Shown here: one piece after another, positions 49,184 through 59,762 of the stretch
How the letters are laid out: every line of letters starts with the position of its first letter
How positions within the stretch are numbered: position 1 is the first letter of the stretch
Source of the DNA: Tubulanus polymorphus
Taxonomy: Eukaryota; Animalia; Nemertea
Assembly (NCBI RefSeq): GCF_964204645.1
Contig: NC_134029.1
Span: 13,356,850-13,420,849 of the forward strand
DNA length: 64,000 nucleotides
Direction of reading: 5' to 3'
The notes under the pieces: model-generated
What the model was told of the DNA's origin: nothing
The model's database searches: none
Seen by the model: the letters and a program-made list of their open reading frames with translations, nothing else
Translations under genes and position numbers: made by a program

Positions 49184-49945
49184 TTACTCTCTACATCTTA
49201 TAACTAATTCATAAATTACAGGGAAATTATTTAAATCAATTAAGTATCCATTATGATTTCTAATTTCTAATCTAAAATTATTGAAACGAGGAATGCATGG
49301 TTTGAAATCACATTCTGTTAAATTATAATTTATTTGCGTTCCAAATTCTTTAACATTCTTCAATGGTAAAATGTTTAGTAAACCAGAATTACAAGTTATA
49401 TCTTTAGTTGCTTCGAATGTTTTTGTAGGATCGATTAAATTGCAATAAATATAAAAATGTTTGTAAGGTATTAAGTTTGGTGTTGTAGCGTCAATATTTG
49501 TAAAAGATCTATCTGGAAGAATTCCTAACAGTTTAGCTAAAGGTTTTTTTACCATAAATTTATGTTTTTCACTATTAGACAACCTTATCTTTATTCTATC
49601 AGAACTCTCACTTTTTAAAAATCTAATACTAAACCCAGAACTACTACCTAATTTGTGCCAGGCTTTTCTATTAATTTCTTGTGCTAATGTATCTAAATTA
49701 TATAACCCCGGTTTTAAATATATATAGACCCATTCATTTTTACCTTTATCAAAAATCAAAAAGGCTCTATGTTCAATAGTTTTATTCGTTATATTATAAA
49801 AAGAATTACATAAACTTATATTAACTAATTTTAAATCTACACAATTCTTGAATTCTCTATCTAATTGTACTAGTAAATTATGTGATTTATAATCTGTAAG
49901 TCTTCTAGAATCAACAAATATTCTGTATTCTTTTAATTCTACCAT
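49184..49945 (-). CDS. Minor capsid (penton) protein
   Basis: IFVDSR start, NSFYNI, PGLYN, FYIYCNLID, FRLEIRNHNGYLIDLNNFPVIYEL, the pattern of Polinton/virophage pentons; intact 253 aa. Confidence 0.85.
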   Translation of the reverse strand: MVELKEYRIFVDSRRLTDYKSHNLLVQLDREFKNCVDLKLVNISLCNSFYNITNKTIEHRAFLIFDKGKNEWVYIYLKPGLYNLDTLAQEINRKAWHKLGSSSGFSIRFLKSESSDRIKIRLSNSEKHKFMVKKPLAKLLGILPDRSFTNIDATTPNLIPYKHFYIYCNLIDPTKTFEATKDITCNSGLLNILPLKNVKEFGTQINYNLTECDFKPCIPRFNNFRLEIRNHNGYLIDLNNFPVIYELVIRCRE

Positions 49946-49962
49946 TTATTTTACATATTTTC

Positions 49963-50315
49963 TTATTCGAGTCTATTTCATGGTGCCCTTTTTCATTCTT
50001 ACCTTTGAATACGAAATAGAAATCACCAGAACATAATTCTTCTAGATCTTCACTTGATAATCTATGAAATCTATCTGGTAAATATGTTCTGAATTTATAT
50101 GTATTTCCTTTTAATCCTTCATATTCTAAGTGTATAACTAATTTATCTCCATAGTTATTAGTAACTGTAACAATATCTGTAATTAGATATTTCTTATGGA
50201 TTGTTAATTCTGTTAACTTTTTGAATTTTTAATCTACAGATTTTACATTTGTTATATCTTTAATTCTATCTAGAAATAATTTGTTTTTCCCACTGTGCGT
50301 TTGTTTACTCTCCAT
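49963..50315 (-). pseudogene. 117-aa family protein with premature stop
   Basis: Matches 5813-6166; in-frame TAA near 50230. Confidence 0.8.
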
Positions 50316-53300
50316 TTTAATAACATATTTTTATTAAAATTTGATTAACACGTTAGAATTCTTTTCATTATCTCGTTCTCTTTTGTTTCTTCTCTTTTAA
50401 ATTTTAAGTATTCATCTAAATTGCAACCATAAGCAACTGTATGAATTCCATCATGCAGAATATATCTTTTATCATCAAATGGGTTTAGACTAACCTTTTC
50501 CATTTCTTCAATAAACATTTCATGATCTTCAGATCTTAAACATCTCATCTTATGTTTTCTAACTTCTTCATTGAATATACAATTGATGTAATCTTTGAAA
50601 TGAATATTCTTTTCTACTACACTTTTGGTTATTCCTTTTAACTTTTTAGCTTCATGTTCTTTAGTTTTATATGAATACATTTTAGATCTAATACCAATGA
50701 ATTCAATCATTTCTTCACCGCCTAATTCATCTTTGAATTTACCGGGAACTTTTTTATTATCATTGCTAAACAATTCATGATCTTTGGGATAATTACTAAA
50801 ATCAAAATGATGTTTTAATGTTTTTAAATCATCAGTTATGTTATTAGTTTTTATCTTTAATATGTAAGAATCTGTATCAAAATATAATATTTCTATATGT
50901 TTTTCTCCAAAAAGTGGTTGTAATATATTATAATAGAATTCATACATTAGTAATTTTGATAATTCTAAAACTGAAGCTCCAACATAGATTGGTTTATTGA
51001 ATTTCATTGATGTTCTTCTCATTTTAACTGCAGCTAAATTTTCATCAAATATTCTGTTACCAATGAACTTAGGATATGATTGTAAATGTCTAATTCTTTT
51101 ACCATTACTAACTAACTCAATATCATTTCTATTTCTAATATTTTCACAAGTCTTACCATAGAATGCATTATTCATTAACTTGAAGAAATCTTTTTCGAAA
51201 TCAGTTTTAGCTTCAGTTCTCTGTTTGGTGTTAAAATCTATATATTTTTCTAACCATTTAGATTGACTAAATGAAATATATCTATGTACTTTTTTTAGAA
51301 CCATTCCTTGATTCAAATAAAACTTCAACATTCTATAATGTACTACATAATTATATTTATCTTCTTGAGTTACCATTAACTTTTCTGTATGAATATGATT
51401 TTCGGGTTTAATTCTTTTTTGATAATTTGATAATTCTTCATGAGTTACAGTTTTATGTTCGGGGCAGTAATCTAGATTTCTAGATTTAAATTTAATATGT
51501 TCAGGATATTCTAAATCTACAACAAAGAAGTAACCAGTCTCTGAATCATCTGCAATATCTAGGATTCTTTTCTTCCAATCAAATTTATCATTATTTTAAT
51601 TCTGTAAAACTTCAGTTAATTCAAATACTCCATAAGGTTGTGGTTCCATCATTGCCCAACCATACAAATTATTTGCATCTATATATAATAACTTTTATCC
51701 AGGGTTATCATTTACATTGAAATATCTACCCGCTAATACACCTGAAACTCCTCCTCTTATAGATTTTTCAAATAATAATAATTGATCTATATTTGTTAAC
51801 AAATCCATTTTTATATTTGTAAATTTTAATCCACAATCCCATGTTAAACCTGGTGATGAATAACAATGACAAGGATCAATATTAAAATATTTTAGGTTTA
51901 CATCTCTAAACCTTTCGAATATATCGGTTAATAATAATACATCTGATTTTAAATATAAATCTACTAATTGCCCATGATTTTCTATTTTGAAATGATTCCA
52001 AATATTCAATGTTCTATTATAGACTTCATCTTTAACATATTCATTTTTTAATTCATCATAGAATTGTTCTTTTAATCAGTTATGTTAAAATCATTATGAT
52101 TTTTATAGAAAGAATATGGAATTGCTCCTTTATATCTCATTAATTGGAAATCATCATTATTTGGGTAGTGTTGTTTTAATATCTTTAATTCATCATCAAC
52201 TAATGATTTTGATAAGTTATCTAATGAAGTATTTAAAAATCTATATGAATCTATAAATCTTAGGCAACCAAATTGGAATGATATATAATTCTCAGATGTT
52301 TTAGCTAACATTCTAAATTTATAAGTTGGTATTTTATCTTTTGATCTATTTGAATTTAATCTTTCTATTTCATTATTGATTTCTTCTATTTTATGACATA
52401 ACTGTTTGATGAATAAATGTGCATCATATCCTGATAGATTGTGAAATATAACTGGTACAAAGTTAATTTTCTTAGCTTGTAAGTTACAATTCTCATGTGC
52501 AGCGCCTCTAAACTTTCCATTCAAATGATCATCGTCTCTTACTTTTTTATCTTTATAATTAAATATCTTTTCACAATAATAACATTTATCTGCAAACGCA
52601 AATTCTTCTTTATCTTCTTCTGTCATTATAATTTCTATATTTGTATTCAATAATTTACTTAATCTTATTTCATATTCAATTAATAAGTCACAAAAATGAT
52701 TGATAACATTTTCATTTCTATAATCATAATATTCACTTTCAATTAGTTCTGGATAATCAGATTTTATATATAACCCGAAAGCAGCAGCTGATTGATGAAT
52801 CTTTTTAATAGTATTTGTTTTTGGTGGTTCTTCAGAATAATCATTTTCATTAGAATTTAATTTCTTTCTCATATAATATATTTCTTTTCTATCTTGATCA
52901 GTTAATTCTTTATTTAATGATTCAAAATCTCCATATATTACAAATGGTACTTTATTTTTGTAATCATATTTTTTTAATTCTAATATTTTATCTTTTTCAT
53001 TTGGTAAAACTAATTTACAATAATCATGATTTTCACATAATTGTTTATGATTTAGTAATGTAATTTCATTACTGAATCTATGTAAACATTTTCTAAATAG
53101 ATATATTTTATTATGGTGATCACTTTCTGTTCTAAAGAATAAATCTATTTGTTTAATCCACATATAATGATTCTCATAATATAATATATCTATAACATCA
53201 TTTGAATCATAATCTTTTGATAGGTATAAAGGTTCTAATGTATAATGTTTTATATTGTTACCTTTTGTATTTGGTAATTTGATTAAATCAAATACATTTA

Positions 53301-54785
53301 TTCTGTAATTATTATCTCTTTCTATTTTTGGGATGTTTTTAATTCTCACAGGATACTTATCTATCTTATAATTATTTTCAAATGGTTTATAATGAGTTAA
53401 TCTAAAACTATGTGTAATATCTTCTGTTGGATGTAAACAACTTATTATAGCACATAGAAAACATTTATCATCTTCATTTTGTACATTTATTACAGCATTA
53501 GTTGTAAATGGTAGTTTTATATAACTCGATGCTTCAATATCTAGTTCTTTATAATATGATACATTATTTTCATCTATTGGTTTTGATTTAGTTAACTTAT
53601 TATATGTTGTGTTATAAACATGTAAAGTCATAAATATTATTTCATCAAATATTAAACCAGATCCTTCAAAATATTTTTCTTCTATTTTAGTTTTTACTTC
53701 ATTATAACATTTATCTAATTTATCATCTATATGTTGTTTAGATATAATATGTTGTGAATGAGAATTTATATTATATATTGGTTTATCTTCAGATTTTATA
53801 AACTTAACTTTTGATGAAATACTAATTTTAGGGTATTCAACATCAGTTATTAGGGTTTTCTGTTGCTTCACAGAAAACCCTATTGAAATTCGCGTGATTA
53901 TTATTATTTTTTTTTCCCTTTTCCACATAGTTTTTGTGAAAAGTGTAAAGGCTTCCTTACCTTACCGCTGTCGCCGATACAATCCGTATGATATCCTTCA
54001 GCTAACTTCAATCTCCAGATACTGCATGGGAATTTTGATAAATCCACGTTATAAAGGCACTGTCGAGCCGTAAACATCGGAAATTTGGCCCCGTTCAATT
54101 AGTAGCCATGTTGTGTTTTCTTTCCGAAATTTCTCTCTTCTTTATGAGGAAGAGCTATCGAATTATTCCCTCTCTTCTCCACAATCAATTTCAAAGTCAA
54201 TTTTATGAATTTATTGCTCAGCGGGTCCGAGTCCAAGAGTTTACGAGTCCGGCGTTCGCGTGTCTGACAGGTTTACGGGCATTTGTTTGTTACCACTTTA
54301 ATATTTTTGATTTCTTGTTATTCCGGTTATTTCATTTAAGTATATTGCTGATCAGTTCATGTAACCAAAAGCGTCAATAAACAGATTTTGAATTGATCAA
54401 GTTTAAATCAAGGTCGTTGAGTCGCGGAGGGCTGCTAGAATTACGTTCGTCTCAGAGAGAGAGAAAACAAACGACAGAAAAGTATCAGGTGATTATCGAT
54501 AGCCTACTACGGTACACACAGTTGACAAACAGTTAGGCCTGTGCCAGTTGGTGCGTACTGGGAATAAATATACTGGTTGGTCAGTTGGTTCGGTTGTGAA
54601 GTGTGGAAGCTAAGAGAAAGCCTACCGCAGTACGGGTATTTATTTGTCTATAGGCCTATTATATAGAAGCCAATACCAGTTAGTACGTAGTTGTTACTCG
54701 TACGTGACTGTATGGTGATCTCCACAGGTTAACCGTACGTGAGTTCCCTACTAACGCCGTACGTGAGTTCCTCTAGTAGCCAATA

Positions 54786-55003
54786 CGGTAAAAGTGCAGC
54801 TCCGCACCTCTCCGCGTAAACGGTTCAATCAATTACGTTAAATATCATTGTTTCAGATTCAGAATGTCATCAGCAATTCAGTACGTTGCCATTGGTTAAT
54901 TTTAAGATATCTTCACTAGAGAGAGTAGAAAGATTTTAGCCACGATTCTGTCATTCAGCAGATTGCGTCAATCACGAGAGGTGCGGATCTGCACTTTTAC
55001 CGT
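54786..55003. mobile_element. MITE with ~28-bp TIRs
   Basis: acggtaaaagtgcagctccgcacctctc ... gagaggtgcggatctgcacttttaccgt; related end near 18178. Confidence 0.75.
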
Positions 55004-55027
55004 CAATTACCATTTTTTAAGTACGAA

Positions 55028-55354
55028 GTTGTTACCCGTACGTGCCAGTGACTGTACGGTGATATCCACAGGTTAACCGTACGTGAGTTCCCTAAAAAGG
55101 CTGTGAGTTCCTATAATCTGCAAACGTGCATGCGTGAAAGAATAGAGTTTGGGTTAGGTGAGGCTAGGCTATTTGTAAATCAAATTTCATCCACCCTGCA
55201 GTTACGTTCTGTGGCACAGTGGGTAAATCACTGGACTGCAACTGGATTTTTTTTTCGTTTGGTTTCGAATCCCAATATTGCAAGTCTGAGCGTCAACATA
55301 CTCACATACGGCTAACCTGTAGAAATCACCGTACAGTCACGTACAGGTAACAAC
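55028..55354. mobile_element. MITE with ~55-bp TIRs and an internal tRNA-like segment
   Basis: gttgttacccgtacgtg...ggttaaccgtacgtgag vs ctcacatacggctaacc...cacgtacaggtaacaac; another left arm at 54690. Confidence 0.7.
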
Positions 55355-56557
55355 AGCGTTTTAAGTACCGGGTATTAAGTGAGTACGACAAGCCTACCAT
55401 GCCTATGTACTACAAACACAACTTTTTCCCTCTCGTCGGCGGTCATCCTCCTACAATGATGTTACTATAACTGGTGCAATTATAACATGGATAGGATTTG
55501 GCCAGGACTAATCTAAAGTTTAATTCAGTCTATGTACTAATTCACTCGATAGGCCTATTTTTAAAACAGGAATATTTATTTATTACGTACGCATAAAATT
55601 TGATTATTTCAACCCCCCTCTCCCTCTGTACGCAGAATCTGCCATTTTTTCATGTACATTAAGCATTACAGTACGTAATTGCCCTGACCCCTCCCCCTCC
55701 CCTAATGCGTACGTAATAAATGAATGATCCCACAATACAGTGAAGTATTCACACGCAGAAAGGCTAATTGATTTGAGCCATGTGATTAAATTTGGCCGGG
55801 CCTTCTCTGACCTGCTGACATTAATAGTCAATGTGGTCACGGCTTGTATACCAGAAATCATTGTAGGCCTGTACATTTTGCTGTTCGTAGGTTTGGTATA
55901 CCGATTTCTCCATTCTTGACTGATAAGTGTACGGTACAGCTGTACGCATTATACAATTGTTCCAATGGGAATAGGGCCTATTGATTGGGCTTATTATTTC
56001 CTGCTATAGAATACTGAAATAAACCTAATGTTCATTCAAATATCCAACATCGGTGAAAGTTTGATTACTGTATACATGTACTGTAGGTTTTCATGTTGTA
56101 TGAATATTTTGCAGTTCAAATGGGTATGATGCTGATTTTAATGTCAAACGCATGAGGTTAGATGGTCAAGGACCGTCAACGCCGAGATATCTTTCTTCGA
56201 CCGATGTTGTACCATAGAAGATCTGATTCTTTTAACTCAAGGAAAGTGATTCAACACGATCGACATAACACTGGAATAGGTTTGCAGTAACTAACGGTTC
56301 ATTTCATTTAGTCCTATGTACTTTTTAGCCAATTTGGATTTGATTGTAATTGAAAGTCTGGAACTGTTAACAAAAGACAAGTTGAAAAAACACAAGTTAT
56401 GCTTGATTCTCATGTTCAAATTTAATTCAAATTTATTTTATTACATCATATTTACAAGGCATATCATTGGTTCATACAGTAATAAAAATTAGGGCAGAAC
56501 AAATATTATTACAGAAACTCCAAAAAGGCAATGAATTTCTATAACTATATGAACATT

Positions 56558-57040
56558 ATTTTTAGCCCACTTGGGACTTTAGTCCCAGCGGGCTATTGCG
56601 TTCACTTTTCGTCCGTCGTCCATCCGTCATCAGAAATCAGTTATTTTAGGAAGTTTCGAAGACGCTTCAATGTAATGTCTTGATATTTGGGTTACACATG
56701 TATCTACCCTAGACACATCTTCAGCCCAAAAACTGGCTGTCAGAATCGAGATGGCCGACTGGCAGCCATTGTTATTCGCCAAAATCAACACTTTTTACAC
56801 ATTTTTGAACTTTTTGAGGGAAATTTTGAAGATGCTTTGATCAATTACCTTGATCTTTCGGATATATGTGAATGCCCCCCGGGCCCATCAGCATAACAAA
56901 AATTGGGATACGAACTCAAGATGGCTGTCCTATGACCTTTTTTAGTGTCCAAAAATGTCAATTTTGGCCCGAATTCTGAGTTTGCTATTTCTCATTGCAG
57001 TTTGTGATGGGTATTCTTTGAAAAGGGATGTTTTATACCT
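56558..57040 (+). mobile_element. Truncated copy of the 14700-16204 Helentron-type family
   Basis: tttttagcccacttgggactttagtcccagcgggctattgcg... is the reverse complement of the 16204 end and continues in homology. Confidence 0.85.
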
Positions 57041-58510
57041 TTGATACCTGAATTGTTAGATTGTTGAGCATTTGGAACCACTTCCCAAGTGGGCATGGTG
57101 TCCCTGGACCCCTAGTTCTAATAACTCAGATCAAGAGTGACTCTCCCGTTTATTAGGAAACACACGCAACTTGTGGAATAGGTTTGATTTACACACATGT
57201 TGCAGGTATCAATTGTTTATCACTATAGAATTTGTAATCCATAAAAGCCAAAATCAACATCAGCCGGAAACCCAGACCAAATCAATTCATAATTTATTGA
57301 TTGAATCTACACTACAATATATGTATTTATTCAAATATTTCAATAAAAACATTAACTTCTTAAATCTATTCTAAATCATAATACGTTCTTATCGGTGCAT
57401 TAACTCAATCTATCGGCTCAGCAGGTGCTTAAGATGAGTTCTTAATAGGACAGATTCATTTTTAAGGATGGTGATAATACAGTATCATGATGTTTGAATG
57501 CCAAAATAAATGCCTGGTCAAATATATTAATATTTGTGATTGTACGTCCGCGTATGTTCAGTTTCAAAGCTGAATCATATTTGACGTTTACACAGTGGTA
57601 GCATATTAGGTTCGAATCTGTCAATGCATTTTATTCTATGTATCGATATTTCAATTTACTACAATTCCCATCATTCTGAATGGCTTTACAGAAAACCCGT
57701 CATCGCTGCTTTGCAGCTATATTTATTTTTATTATTTCTTTCATATTTTCTAAATGTTTTTTATTTTCTTCTAATGTTTTTCCTTTATGAAATTTAAACT
57801 CGATAGCTGCTGGGCCAATATCACTCTTAAATGCTTCGGTTATCTCTATATCTTTTTTATTATCTAATGAATTAATATAATTTCTTACATCTTCCATGTA
57901 TGGTCTTTTATTGTTTAATTTATTTTTTATGCTTTTAATTGTCTTCTGTTTCTTATCATTATCTTTATCAAAATAATCTTCACCTAAAATATCATTATTC
58001 TTATTTCTAGACTTTTAGATTTTAAATGTTCATTATAATATCTTTTATCACTGAATGATTGATTATATGTATCACATTTGTATGTTTCTTTTTCATTCTT
58101 TAATTCATCTAATTTAGTTTCTAATATATCATCTTTATATTCTAGTTTCAATATATTCTCTAAATGTGTTTTAGTTTTTTTGTGTCTTGCTTTTTGGGAT
58201 TTATCTATATTGATATTACATGTTGGACAGTAGTACTTATTTGCTTCCATTTTAATACTAAATTTTTTATTAAAATTGATTTTAGAAGTTCAATGATTTA
58301 TATCATGTATTATTTCAATCACACTTTACTAACACTTTAATGTTTAAACATCTAACTCACACAAATATGAATATTGAAATAATGTTGTAAATATATACTT
58401 TTATATCTATTCTATAAGAGCTCACACTTTACTCACACTTTTATATTGAATAATCTATCAATTTATATGTTATTCATTTATATTTTATTCATATATATGA
58501 ATATTTTAAG

Positions 58511-58699
58511 AGTAATAGGGATAATAGGCTTTCATATCAAAGGTCGAGAGGTCGAGAAAGTAAAAAAATGAAAATAATAATAATTTACAGTTGAATTAGG
58601 AGTGTGCGCGACTAATTCAACTGTAAATTATGTTATTTTCATTTTTTTACGAGCTCGACCTTTCGACCTTTGGTATGAAAGCCTATTATCCCTATTACT
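58511..58699. repeat. 189-bp imperfect palindrome (fold-back MITE or terminal structure)
   Basis: Arms 58511-58599 and 58612-58699, 12-nt loop. Confidence 0.9.
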
Positions 58700-59762
58700 A
58701 TTGTCTCAAATCATGCAGACTTACTGAGCTGACACTTTATAACAATGCCTATTTTGCTTTGTTATCGTTGCTGTGACTTACAGTGACTATAATATTGTAT
58801 ATAATATTTTGGAATCTTTGATGGCGGGAGATTGATTTGAGATCTAGCCTTGGAACCTCCGTGACAGGGATAAACCCGCTAGCCGAAAATTATATTTGTT
58901 TGCTGAACGAAATAAAGCTATATTCGTAACGGAAGAAGAGTATGTGTGTTACTGACAGATCTTGAAGTGTTGATCATCTACGTCATATGGAGATATAAAG
59001 TAACAGTAATAGTTATAGGAATACTGTTGCCAAACTTTCTATGAGAGCGTTGGTGTATGTTTGTATATTTTTGGCCATGTTCGAACCCTCAGGCGAGTCC
59101 CCAACCTTTCACCCTCGTTGTTTCCAGCCGGCATAATCGTTTCGTGTATATGCAGAAAATATATTATTTCTTTTTTATAGTATTACTCCAGGTGCGTAGC
59201 GAGTGTGGCTAAGTCTTATCTTAGGTAGTGCTGTCTGATTTTGATTTTATTTGTGGCTTTCATCTTGCGATGTATTATTCTAAGAGATCATTATTGTAAC
59301 GGTTTATTTCATTGAGTTCAGAACCACCGTCGTGAAAACAAGAGTTTTAGGATAGCCAGTCAAGTAATTAAAGAGACGTCGAACAGTTTGTTCATTGTGT
59401 TACAGAATTTTAAGGTAGATGGGAAAGGTGATTGGATGAAATGATTTCTTTTGCGTCCCGTCTTGTAATGCAACCAATTATGTAGTTTGATACATTAAGT
59501 GTTTGGGGTTCCTGTCAGCTCTCTAGTCGCGAGTCTCTTAGCTGCCGGTCTCTTAGCTGCCCGTTTACATGGCTTTTGTCATGTTGGCTAGGGGTTGGCC
59601 GGGCGGTCCTTTTTTCTCTATGCATTTCGTTTATGAAGATTTGGCCCCGCTTGTACGATGCATTGTCAGTTAATCTATAGCCTATTATATTCGCATATGA
59701 TAGTCTAGAGGGATCGCCTGGTCAATCCCTAGTGATTCTGTCACTTAGCGAGGGAGAACAAC

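Larger units (their letters stand above)
53850..57722 (+). mobile_element. Non-autonomous Helentron (HINE/DINE-1-like) with nested insertions
   Basis: 5' hairpin TAGGGTTTTCTGT-tgcttc-ACAGAAAACCCTA (53851-53882), matching subterminal ACAGAAAACCC at 57688, 3' stem-loop GCTGC-ttt-GCAGC (57705-57717), T-rich target, cleanly interrupts pPolB. Confidence 0.85.
50345..58250 (-). pseudogene. pPolB polyprotein, intein-free allele, split by a Helentron-type insertion
   Basis: N-terminus MEANKYYCPTC at 58250, GPAAI motif shared with B, resumes ITDVEYP at ~53850; uninterrupted YFDTDS at 50867-50884. Confidence 0.93.
42420..58500 (-). mobile_element. Polinton/Maverick-like endogenous virus, copy C (no integrase/ATPase seen; pPolB interrupted)
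   Basis: pPolB to MCP gene order shared with A and B; boundaries approximate. Confidence 0.92.

Noticed and set aside
55207-55280. tRNA gene
   Set aside because: A-box and B-box-like motifs are present but no convincing cloverleaf; it lies inside a MITE.
27740-58500. Bacterial prophage or free giant-virus contig
   Set aside because: No Shine-Dalgarno pattern, the gene set is Polinton-type, and animal-type transposons interrupt the viral genes at clean insertion sites.
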